This document shows, piece after piece, positions 1 through 7,922 of a stretch of DNA of 32,000 nucleotides (positions within the stretch are counted from its first letter, which is position 1; every line of letters starts with the position of its first letter). The translations under genes and the position numbers were made by a program. Below the pieces are notes generated by a model. That model was not told where the DNA came from, made no database searches, and saw only the letters and a program-made list of their open reading frames with translations. This stretch comes from Candidatus Saccharimonadota bacterium (GTDB taxonomy: Archaea > Micrarchaeota > Micrarchaeia > Micrarchaeales > Micrarchaeaceae). The DNA is taken from contig NZ_CP019964.1 of the NCBI RefSeq assembly GCF_002214165.1, positions 810,001-842,000 on the forward strand. The letters are read 5' to 3'.

Positions 1-1
1 C

Positions 2-94
2 TACAATGACGAGATTGATATGGTTGATCCTGCAACCATGGAGGATTTTCTGAGGCTTATGGATGCTTCCAATAACCGTCGTAATCCCCGCTAA
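2..94 (+). CDS. 3' end of an unidentified ORF entering from upstream of the window (partial)
   Basis: Frame 2 is open from the window edge to TAA at 92-94 (...DPATMEDFLRLMDASNNRRNPR*). No motif recognised. Confidence 0.25.
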   Translation, partial: YNDEIDMVDPATMEDFLRLMDASNNRRNPR

Positions 95-127
95 ATCGAC
101 GTATTACCCATCACGCAATATTATATT

Positions 128-310
128 GTGGAAAAGGCAGACGTTGACATAACAAAGGTAAAATCAACATTCGCCAGCAAATTCCCAGAGCACCCGTTAA
201 CAAAAATACTGATTTCAGAGCCGGATTACTTAACGGCAGAAGAATTCCTCGCAAAGGTACAGACATGGCTTGCCTTTTTCAACGGAGATGGAGAAGATGG
301 AAAGAACTGA
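128..310 (+). CDS. hypothetical small protein
   Basis: 60-aa ORF with a GTG start, first of a tight same-strand series of ORFs. No motif recognised. Confidence 0.3.
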   Translation: MEKADVDITKVKSTFASKFPEHPLTKILISEPDYLTAEEFLAKVQTWLAFFNGDGEDGKN

Positions 311-635
311 AAGGATTGTTTTGAGAGGAGAGGAAGAGCCTCAGGTAATAAGGTATGTGATGGCAGACCCTCAGAAGAAGGGCACGCTCGAAAGGCTCCA
401 GGAAACCGTTATCGAGAAAACGGTTAACCAGTACGAGCTTGAGGACCGCAGGCAGATAGATTCGGTGATGAGATTCATGGAACGCAATCCGGACATAAGC
501 TATGTTGAATATGAATCGAATCCTGTTTTCCGGATAGATCGGACGATAACAAAGCTCGGTCTCATATTTAGGCGTGAGGAGGCAACAATATCGGCAACGA
601 TAACACCGAACAGAAGATTCAGGGCCCAGAGGTAA
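270..635 (+). CDS. hypothetical protein (start more likely ATG at 288 or 297)
   Basis: 121-aa ORF that overlaps the end of the previous ORF and ends 3 nt before the next one (operon-like packing). No motif recognised. Confidence 0.4.
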   Translation: MPFSTEMEKMERTERIVLRGEEEPQVIRYVMADPQKKGTLERLQETVIEKTVNQYELEDRRQIDSVMRFMERNPDISYVEYESNPVFRIDRTITKLGLIFRREEATISATITPNRRFRAQR

Positions 636-638
636 AGC

Positions 639-1043
639 ATGGACGAAGATACATTAATCCTGACATTTTTGGTATCAGCCCCTGCTTTTTTCATAACGAG
701 TTTGCTATGGCCCGGACTATTTCAGCATCTCATATCCATGGCGACCTCAGGCAACATTTTTTACGAGATTATTGGCATTGCAGGCATCGCTTATGCAGTC
801 ATCGGTGCTGTCATAATCATAATATTCGCATTCACACTGCTGATTTACATACTAGTATTCGGAGTTATCTTTTTCTTCCCTGCTTACCTCATATACACAA
901 TGCTTGGCTTAGAATATTCACTGATCCTAGTTGCAGTTCTATGCACCATCGCAATACTCTATTTCTTGGAGACACACACGGTCAGCGTGGAGCACTATAC
1001 GATTGTTGTAAACCCGCACAGGCGATACATAATTAAAAGGTAG
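639..1043 (+). CDS. small integral membrane protein (about four hydrophobic segments)
   Basis: The translation is dominated by long I/L/V/F/A/G stretches (e.g. IIGIAGIAYAVIGAVIIIIFAFTLLIYILVFGVIFFF). Preferred over the overlapping ORF 707-1036, which is His/Cys/Arg-rich. Confidence 0.55.
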   Translation: MDEDTLILTFLVSAPAFFITSLLWPGLFQHLISMATSGNIFYEIIGIAGIAYAVIGAVIIIIFAFTLLIYILVFGVIFFFPAYLIYTMLGLEYSLILVAVLCTIAILYFLETHTVSVEHYTIVVNPHRRYIIKR

Positions 1044-1084
1044 CCAAATACGATTAAATATCTGGAAAACAAAAGAGCAGGATT

Positions 1085-2482
1085 ATGAAGGAAACTGGCT
1101 TCTCTGACTTTGTAAACGCAAGGAAGATCCTCTCAAAGCCGATAATAGAACTACCAATAAGAAATCAGGAGAGGCTTTTCTATAACCCATTTTCAAGGCT
1201 AAAGAGGTTCGCAGGGCATTCAGCGTTGGCCTATGCCATTGTTCCCGATATGGAAAAGGGAAAGTTCAGGAGGGAGGAATGCTCAGCAAGAGCCATTGAT
1301 TTAAGGGATTACATAGAGCACAAGGGAAACAGGAATGTGTCCATAACAGGTGTATCAGGGCAGGGAAAGAGCTATCTCACGATACATTTACTATCGAAGT
1401 TCAGCGAGAAGCAGAGGATCATATTCTCGTTCAAGCCCGATGACCATGAAGTCCATCTTGGAATACCAGTAATAGATGCAAAGCAGTGCTTACCGAATCC
1501 GTTCAGGGACATAAATGCCTTCTCAGAGGCTTACATGACCGCATTTTTCAGTGAGAAGACAAGCACAGGAATACAGCTACAGCAGACACCAGCTTTTCTG
1601 CAGGAAATAGCCTCCCAGAGCAACGACTGGAAGACATTCATGAAAATGATATCCGAAAAAAGAAAATCAGCCTCGAAGAACCAGATCGAAACGCTCAACG
1701 CAATAGAGCAGAATGTGAAATCGCTCATAATCGATGACATGGGAAGCGTGGAAATAGGCAGTGAAAGCATTGTGTTTGATTTCTCAACATTACCGACGAA
1801 GCAGTCCCAGAACTTCTATGCCGAGCTTATGCTAAGGCAGATCTACAGGGAGATGGAGGAACGCAAAAGAAAGGATGTTTTGATATGCATAGACGAGGCT
1901 CACAGGCTTACGAAATCCTATCATACTATTCTTGATGTAATGAGCCGTGAGATAAGGGACAAGGGAATGCTCTGGATAATAACGCAGAACCTTATCGATA
2001 TCCTACCTGAAATGAGGGCAAAGGAAGGCCTGAATGAATATGACAAAGAGTCTCTAGGGCTATTGTCTGCACTGCTTGTTAGGGACTACAGGAGTGACGC
2101 AAGGATCGGAATAAAGGCCCTGGAAATTCTTGGCAGAAGCAATAAATGGGATGATGACTTGATCAAAACAGCACTGAAACAGGCTTATGTGGAGGTGGAA
2201 GGCGAAACGCTCAAGAACCTTGGAGACCGGGACCTGCTGATACTGGCAGCATTGGTCAAAAATCAGGATACCAACAGGGCGTATTCCGAAGTCTCGGCAT
2301 CCAGTCATTTGTTGCTCAGAGGTGTTAGCAAGTCAACGTTCTTCCAGAGCGTCAACTATTTGCAAAACCTTGGCCTCATCACACTGATCAAGAAGAAGAT
2401 AGGCAGATATTACACAATGGAGTCACAAATATTATTATCGGATGCTTCTATTGTATCTGGAGAGCTTAGGAAGAGACTCTGA
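1085..2482 (+). CDS. chimeric ORF: HerA/FtsK-superfamily (DUF87/AAA_10-like) P-loop ATPase core fused at about nt 1995-2010 to the C-terminal lid and winged-helix part of an Orc1/Cdc6 protein
   Basis: Walker A ITGVSGQGKSYLT, Walker B VLICIDEAHRL, then GMLWIITQN. From ILPEMRAKEGL onward the sequence is collinear with, and roughly 80% identical in protein to, residues EILEMRAEEGL...LILASLI of the Orc1/Cdc6 ORF at 29387-30265. It then continues for about 75 aa of a winged-helix-like tail. Confidence 0.6.
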   Translation: MKETGFSDFVNARKILSKPIIELPIRNQERLFYNPFSRLKRFAGHSALAYAIVPDMEKGKFRREECSARAIDLRDYIEHKGNRNVSITGVSGQGKSYLTIHLLSKFSEKQRIIFSFKPDDHEVHLGIPVIDAKQCLPNPFRDINAFSEAYMTAFFSEKTSTGIQLQQTPAFLQEIASQSNDWKTFMKMISEKRKSASKNQIETLNAIEQNVKSLIIDDMGSVEIGSESIVFDFSTLPTKQSQNFYAELMLRQIYREMEERKRKDVLICIDEAHRLTKSYHTILDVMSREIRDKGMLWIITQNLIDILPEMRAKEGLNEYDKESLGLLSALLVRDYRSDARIGIKALEILGRSNKWDDDLIKTALKQAYVEVEGETLKNLGDRDLLILAALVKNQDTNRAYSEVSASSHLLLRGVSKSTFFQSVNYLQNLGLITLIKKKIGRYYTMESQILLSDASIVSGELRKRL

Positions 2483-2503
2483 GAATGGAAGTGTGGAGAT
2501 CAA

Positions 2504-4366
2504 ATGAGGGATTTTGGAATTTATTGGAAAAACAAGAGAGAGGAAGTGGAAAGAGTTGAGCTTCCATTCCAGAAAATTGAGACGATAAACCTTCCAAGAT
2601 CAAATATTGGAACGCTCGCTCAATTTAAGAAAGATTCTGAGAATGGCGAATGGAAGAATAAACTGATCTGGGGAGACAACAAATACGTTATGGCATCTTT
2701 GCTGTCCGAGTTTCGTGGAAAAATAAAGTTAATTTACGCAGATCCGCCATTTTTCACGGGCACAAACATGAATATAACTTTGGAAGTTGGAGATGAAGGT
2801 GCAGTAAAGGAACCTTCCGCCATAGAGGAGATAGCCTATAGAAACATGTGGAAAGAAGGCCCTAGCTCTTTCTTTCAGTATATGTATGATAGATTCGTCC
2901 TGATGAAAGATTTGCTGGCTGAGGATGGTGCAATCTGGGTAAGATTTGACTATCATTATTCACACTATATAAAGACAATTTTGGACGAGATATTTGGTTA
3001 CGACAATTTTAGAAATGAAATAATAATAAATAGAACGAGGAAAAATGTTATGGCCAGTAGAACTCAAACAGTTTTTCCTACAGCCACGGATTCATTATTT
3101 TTATACGCGAAATCCGAAAACATGCTCCTAACTGAAACAAAAATCAAAACCGAGGAGGAACGAAAAGGCTATTGGAGGCATATGGATGACTCAGCGGGAC
3201 AGGGGTCAGCTAAAACATTCTTTGGTAAGTCTATGGAGCCTCCACCGGGAAAACATTGGAAATTCTCACAAGAAAATATAGATAAGATGATTGAAGAAGG
3301 CAGACTTAGACTAAATCCTAAGACTAGCCGACCAGAATACTGGGTAGAGCCGTCAGACGAATACCTTTTGGATACGAATTGGACGGATATTCCTGGATAT
3401 TCTTTTAGCACTGGCTATCCTACTGAAAATGCTGAACAGTTACTTGAAAGAGTAATCTTATCATCTTCTGTTAGAGAAGATTTGGTTGCTGATTTCTTCT
3501 CCGGCTCCGGGACCACTGCTGCAGTGGCAGAGAAATTGGGCAGAAAATGGATTGCGGCTGATATTGGAAGATTTTCTGTTCACACAATAAGAAAGAGGTC
3601 ACTTGATATTCCTCATTGTAAACCTTTTGAGGTCCTAAACCTTGGAAAATATGAAAGAAAGCACTGGATGGATCAGAACCTCGGCTCTGTTTATAGAAAT
3701 TACATTGATTTTATTTTACAACTTTACAAAGCCAAGCCTGTCTACGACTACAAGTGCATACACGGAATTATATCCGGAAAGGCGGTTCACGTTGGCCCAA
3801 TAGATTACCCTGTTACAAAAAGTGAGGTTGAGGAATGCCTGAAAGAAGCAAAAGACAACGGCTTCGATTCTCTGGATGTCTTGGGATGGGACTTTGAGAT
3901 GGAATTCAACGATAGGATATTAAGGGAGCTCAGGGGATCTTACGATTTTGGAATCTCTCTCAGGATCATACCAAACGAGGTAATGGATAAGAGAGCAGTA
4001 GAAGCTGGAGATGTTGATTTCTATGAGCATGCCTTCCTTGAAGCTAAACTCGCAACTTCAGGAAGGAAGGTAAAGGTTAACCTTGAAAATTTCATCATAC
4101 CGAACCCAGAATCCATACCGGAAGAACTCAGAGATAAGATACTCAAGTGGAGTGATTTTATAGACTATTGGAGCGTGGACTGGAATTACAGGGACGATAC
4201 TTTTCACAACGAGTGGCAGGAATTCAGGACAAAGAAAAAGAAGAGTTTGCAGTTGCAATCAATAGAGCATCATTATGACGCACCCGGGACGTACAAGGTA
4301 ATGGTAAAGGTCATAGATGTGTTCGGAAACGATACTACAACAATGAAAGAGGTAACTGTAGCATGA
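2504..4366 (+). CDS. mod: type III restriction-modification methyltransferase (Mod), beta-class amino-MTase, probably N6-adenine, with a C-terminal PKD-like domain
   Basis: Motif IV IYADPPFF lies upstream of motif I DFFSGSGTTAAVAEKLGRKWIAADI (beta-class order). The stop overlaps the res start (ATGA at 4363-4366). The C-terminus HHYDAPGTYKVMVKVIDVFGNDTTTMKEVTV matches the PKD consensus. Confidence 0.85.
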   Translation: MRDFGIYWKNKREEVERVELPFQKIETINLPRSNIGTLAQFKKDSENGEWKNKLIWGDNKYVMASLLSEFRGKIKLIYADPPFFTGTNMNITLEVGDEGAVKEPSAIEEIAYRNMWKEGPSSFFQYMYDRFVLMKDLLAEDGAIWVRFDYHYSHYIKTILDEIFGYDNFRNEIIINRTRKNVMASRTQTVFPTATDSLFLYAKSENMLLTETKIKTEEERKGYWRHMDDSAGQGSAKTFFGKSMEPPPGKHWKFSQENIDKMIEEGRLRLNPKTSRPEYWVEPSDEYLLDTNWTDIPGYSFSTGYPTENAEQLLERVILSSSVREDLVADFFSGSGTTAAVAEKLGRKWIAADIGRFSVHTIRKRSLDIPHCKPFEVLNLGKYERKHWMDQNLGSVYRNYIDFILQLYKAKPVYDYKCIHGIISGKAVHVGPIDYPVTKSEVEECLKEAKDNGFDSLDVLGWDFEMEFNDRILRELRGSYDFGISLRIIPNEVMDKRAVEAGDVDFYEHAFLEAKLATSGRKVKVNLENFIIPNPESIPEELRDKILKWSDFIDYWSVDWNYRDDTFHNEWQEFRTKKKKSLQLQSIEHHYDAPGTYKVMVKVIDVFGNDTTTMKEVTVA

Positions 4367-6900
4367 ACCCATTCGAAGAGCCAGAAACAAGGGTACAGAC
4401 AACCGCTCCTCTTGTGGAAGCTTTACGAAGCGAGGTTAGAAACTGGAGGAACTCTGGCTATTATGGCACTTCTAAAACTACCAGGCGATTGTTGCAATTC
4501 TGGTTCGACGATGAGCACAAGATAATTGATGAGAAATTCAGGTATTATTTTGCCCAGAAAGAGGCAATAGAAACCCTTATTTACATATATGAAGTGAAAA
4601 AGTTCAGGAAAATGAGCGACCTGATCCTGAATTATGACAGCACCAAGAAAATAGCATACAATCCAAACGAATATTTGTTTCCCAAATACTGCTTTAAAAT
4701 GGCTACAGGTTCCGGGAAAACCTATGTTATGGCACTGGCGATTGTCTGGTCATATTTCAACAACATAATGGAAGATAATGAAGAAATGCCGAGGAATTTT
4801 CTTATAATCGCGCCTAACATAGCAGTTTATGAGAGGCTGAAAGAGGATTTTTCGGATTCTAAGATATTCAATTCTGGAGTAATGATTCCAGACGAATTTC
4901 AACATCTTTGGGAATTCGAATCTGTAACTGAAGATTACATTCCCACCAGAAGCACAAAAGGCAGACTTTACCTGACCAATGTTCAAAGAATCTATGAAAG
5001 AGACAATGCGCCTGTTAATCCCATACAAGAGATCGTAGGCAAGAAACCATCGGACACCATAAGATATTATGACCAAATCATGGGGGAGATCAATGCCCTA
5101 ACCAGCCTGGGCATAATTAATGACGAGGCACACCACGTATGGGACAAGGATATTATCTGGAACCAATTTATCTTGACTTGCAACGATCTGCTTAAGAAGA
5201 AAGGGAAAGAATTGTCATTTCAGCTAGACTTCACAGCAACCCCAAAAAGGCAGGATTCTGGAAGTATTTTTGAATGGGTGATTACCGATTTTCCTCTGGC
5301 AGATGCCATAAGATGTGGAATCGTGAAGTCACCGATTATAGGTGAGGTCGAAAATCCTCATGAAACCCCATCGGACAGAGCTGATGTCATTTATAGGGAT
5401 TATATTGAAGCGGGATGCAGAAGATGGTCTTATTACAACGGTGTCATGGATAAGGTCAAGAAGCATCCGATAATATTTTTCATGGCAACTAAGACTTCCG
5501 AAGCAGAAGACATCAATAACTATCTGCAAACCAAGAACGAATTTAAGGGGAAAACACTGATTATTCACACCAATCTCAAAGGCGAAATTAGCGACAAAGA
5601 ATGGCAAAAGCTTAAGCAGGAGACAAGGGAGATAGATACATCGCACAAGTACAGGGCTATCGTGAGTGTCCTGATGCTGAGAGAAGGATGGGATGTCAAG
5701 AATGTTTGTGTCATAGTCGGTCTAAGGCCATTTACTTCTAAAGCAGAAATTCTGCCGGAACAAGCGCTTGGACGTGGGCTTAGATTGATGTTCGGCCCGG
5801 AATCAGGATACGAAGAGACGGTTGACGTTTTCGGTACAAAGGCCTTTGTTGACTATATAGACGAGGAGATGAGAAAGCAGGGAGTCGACATAAAAAGATA
5901 CAAAGAGAGAAATTTACCTACAGTTACAAACATATTCCCGGATACTCTAAGGAAATCTGAATTTAACTTTCGGATTCCAGTCCTATCTCCAAAATATAAA
6001 AGAGAGAACAGATCATTCAACGAAATTGACATTTCCACGCTTCCACAGGGAAAGTTTGACCTGGATTTAGAAACGTATACTAATATTAAGTCTGCGGTAG
6101 GAAGAGATGCGTTAACAGAGAAAGAGAGATGGCGTGATAGATGGGAACAGCCAATACCGGAAAACTATCCATCGGTCATCTCTTATTTGGCAAATATTAT
6201 TCTAAGGGCTTGCAAAATCCCATCTCGAAATAGTGAGCTTGTAGGAAAGCTAGACTCGTATGTTACTAACAGCATCTTTACAGCGGCTTTGACACAAGAT
6301 GTGAAAGATGATTATAGGTTCCTTCAAGCTATAAGTGAACCAAAAATCGTTGATTTCCTTACAGAGCTCTTCGTGAAGGTGATAAATAAGTTGACAATCC
6401 TTTCCACCGAAGTGCGACTTCAGTCAGAATCAAGAGAGGTAAAGGACATCAGACCCTCCTTGACCAGGAAGAAAACCTACACGCCGAAGAAATGCATTCT
6501 TAATCTTGTACCGGTAGCGAATGATTTTGAGTATGACTTTTGTAAGTTTCTTGATAATGATGCTTCAGATGTCAAAAAATACATAAAGAATGATAACAAC
6601 CTGAATTTCTACCTGGAGTATGTGAACGACAAAAAAGGTTTATCTTATTACCTGCCAGATTTTGTTGTTGTTTGCGATTCAGAAAACTACATCATAGAAA
6701 CCAAAGGAGAAGAGTCTGTGGAAGTGAAAAACAAGGATAAGAGGGCAAGAGAGTGGTGTGAGGATTCGACTAAACTGACTGGCAGTAAATGGACGTACCT
6801 CAAGGTTCCAGAGACTGTATTCAAGAACAATCGTGAAGTCAAGACCGTCAAAAAATTAGAAGAGATCGTCAGATCGTACGAGAGCGTTGAGAAAATTTAA
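4363..6900 (+). CDS. res: type III restriction enzyme Res subunit (SF2 DEAH helicase plus C-terminal PD-(D/E)xK nuclease)
   Basis: Motif I MATGSGKTYVM, motif II INDEAHHV, motif III TATP, then REGWDVKNV and motif VI QALGRGLR. The C-terminal LPDFVVV...IIETKGEE is a nuclease-type motif. Translationally coupled to mod. Confidence 0.85.
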   Translation: MNPFEEPETRVQTTAPLVEALRSEVRNWRNSGYYGTSKTTRRLLQFWFDDEHKIIDEKFRYYFAQKEAIETLIYIYEVKKFRKMSDLILNYDSTKKIAYNPNEYLFPKYCFKMATGSGKTYVMALAIVWSYFNNIMEDNEEMPRNFLIIAPNIAVYERLKEDFSDSKIFNSGVMIPDEFQHLWEFESVTEDYIPTRSTKGRLYLTNVQRIYERDNAPVNPIQEIVGKKPSDTIRYYDQIMGEINALTSLGIINDEAHHVWDKDIIWNQFILTCNDLLKKKGKELSFQLDFTATPKRQDSGSIFEWVITDFPLADAIRCGIVKSPIIGEVENPHETPSDRADVIYRDYIEAGCRRWSYYNGVMDKVKKHPIIFFMATKTSEAEDINNYLQTKNEFKGKTLIIHTNLKGEISDKEWQKLKQETREIDTSHKYRAIVSVLMLREGWDVKNVCVIVGLRPFTSKAEILPEQALGRGLRLMFGPESGYEETVDVFGTKAFVDYIDEEMRKQGVDIKRYKERNLPTVTNIFPDTLRKSEFNFRIPVLSPKYKRENRSFNEIDISTLPQGKFDLDLETYTNIKSAVGRDALTEKERWRDRWEQPIPENYPSVISYLANIILRACKIPSRNSELVGKLDSYVTNSIFTAALTQDVKDDYRFLQAISEPKIVDFLTELFVKVINKLTILSTEVRLQSESREVKDIRPSLTRKKTYTPKKCILNLVPVANDFEYDFCKFLDNDASDVKKYIKNDNNLNFYLEYVNDKKGLSYYLPDFVVVCDSENYIIETKGEESVEVKNKDKRAREWCEDSTKLTGSKWTYLKVPETVFKNNREVKTVKKLEEIVRSYESVEKI

Positions 6901-6949
6901 GAAGAGTGCTTCGAATGACAGTAATTTTAGGGAGAAATGGTTGGTTTTC

Positions 6950-7210
6950 ATGAGCTACACCGTAGAATCAACGGAAGCATTCGAGAAGGAATTCTCTAGG
7001 AACCATAAGGATAAGAAAGAATGGCTGCAACACATGGCAGAGAGACTGGAACAGGAACCTCAGTCTGGTAAGCCATTGAGAGGCAAGCTTCACGGTCTAT
7101 GGCAACTCAGAATTGGCCCTTTTAGGGTCTGGTATGAAATAAACGAAGAGCAAAAGAAAGTGACGCTCAGAGCAATCCTTCACAAAGACGAAGCCAAGAA
7201 GTATTATTAG
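6950..7210 (+). CDS. RelE/ParE-family type II toxin
   Basis: GKPLRGKLHGLWQLRIGPFRVWYEINEEQKKVTLRAILHKDEA follows the RelE/ParE pattern (g.pL.g.l.g.w..R.G.yR..Y.i......v.i..i.h...). ATG at 6950 is chosen over the track start 6887, which overlaps the res 3' end. Confidence 0.7.
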   Translation: MSYTVESTEAFEKEFSRNHKDKKEWLQHMAERLEQEPQSGKPLRGKLHGLWQLRIGPFRVWYEINEEQKKVTLRAILHKDEAKKYY

Positions 7211-7383
7211 AGTTCTTTCAGGAACTCTCTGACATTCCTGACCCTACCTTTCTGTATATCCTGTTCGCTCCTTTCCAGTTGATCCATGACATATTCATTT
7301 TCCAGAGTTTCGACTGTAGCCTCCAGACTATCAAGGTCGGATTTAGGTATGCTTACAAGCCTTGACTGTTTTGCTGTGGTCAT
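7207..7383 (-). CDS. 58-aa antitoxin-like protein (Phd/YefM- or RelB-like C-terminal pattern); not in the ORF track because it is under 60 aa
   Basis: My own translation of the minus strand gives MTTAKQSRLVSIPKSDLDSLEATVETLENEYVMDQLERSEQDIQKGRVRNVREFLKEL*. The LE.T.E.L.......L.RSE.DI..GR......FL.EL pattern is typical of archaeal antitoxins. It converges on the RelE-like gene and shares 4 nt with it (7207-7210). Confidence 0.45.
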   Translation of the reverse strand: MTTAKQSRLVSIPKSDLDSLEATVETLENEYVMDQLERSEQDIQKGRVRNVREFLKEL

Positions 7384-7424
7384 AATACAACTCTATATTC
7401 TTTCAGATTTTAATACCTTTTGGT

Positions 7425-7915
7425 ATGCTTCGGCTCAAATTCACCCCGACTTTCAGCCACCCCTCTTTGAGCCTTCGCCAATTACTATGTGCCCTTCGCT
7501 CGCCTGCACGCCGAGCACAGGATACCATGCTTCGCCTCCAATCAAAATTCACCCCTAACCCCTCTTTTGATTTACGTCTCGCACTCTTCTCCGAAGAGCC
7601 CCTCATTCGCCTTGCTCATTCAGGGTGGTGTCCTGTGCTCGCCGCTCGTGGTGTATGGGTAGTGTTTCACACCTTCGCTACGCTTGGTGTTCACACCACC
7701 CACCGCTAACGCTTACACCACTTGGTCTTGCTACGCAAGACTTCCGGCTCGCTTCGGGCACATTATTCTCTCCTGCGGAGTGCAATTTAAGGGGGGATAA
7801 GGGGAAAGGGGTTCCTCATGCCGTGCTGAACCTCAATTGTTCAAGAGACAATGGTTGCACAGCACTGCAACCATACCTTTTGGAAAAGGCGGGCAAAAAT
7901 CCCGCGCTTTCATTA
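7425..7915 (+). ncRNA. GC-rich, hairpin-dense noncoding element, copy A (candidate structured RNA or iteron/MITE-like DNA element)
   Basis: Sampled 60-nt lines are about 57% G+C, against about 42% in a sampled neighbouring coding line (hand count). Several overlapping 'open' frames give S/R/P/L/C-rich translations. Many perfect hairpins and a 15-bp long-range pairing (7512-7526 with 7627-7641). Homologous to 22703-23270 in the same orientation. Confidence 0.35.
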
Positions 7916-7922
7916 ATTCCCA

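Noticed and set aside
707-1036. 109-aa ORF overlapping the membrane-protein ORF in another + frame
   Set aside because: His/Cys/Arg-rich translation. The alternative frame (639-1043) gives a coherent multi-TM protein.
2024-2255. The cdc6-derived segments at 2024-2255 and 30013-30245 as attL/attR of one 28 kb integrated element
   Set aside because: They are in direct orientation, but by eye only roughly 70-80% identical at the nucleotide level, with differences spread throughout. Recombination-generated att duplicates should be near-identical over the core. They look like fragments of two paralogous genes, so they are reported as a recombination scar instead.
7836-7905. A run of four consecutive hairpins as a class II tRNA or tRNA-like gene
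   Set aside because: Stem and loop sizes do not fit a cloverleaf (6-nt loop on a 7-bp stem, no U33-type anticodon loop, no acceptor pairing). Treated as part of the larger structured element.
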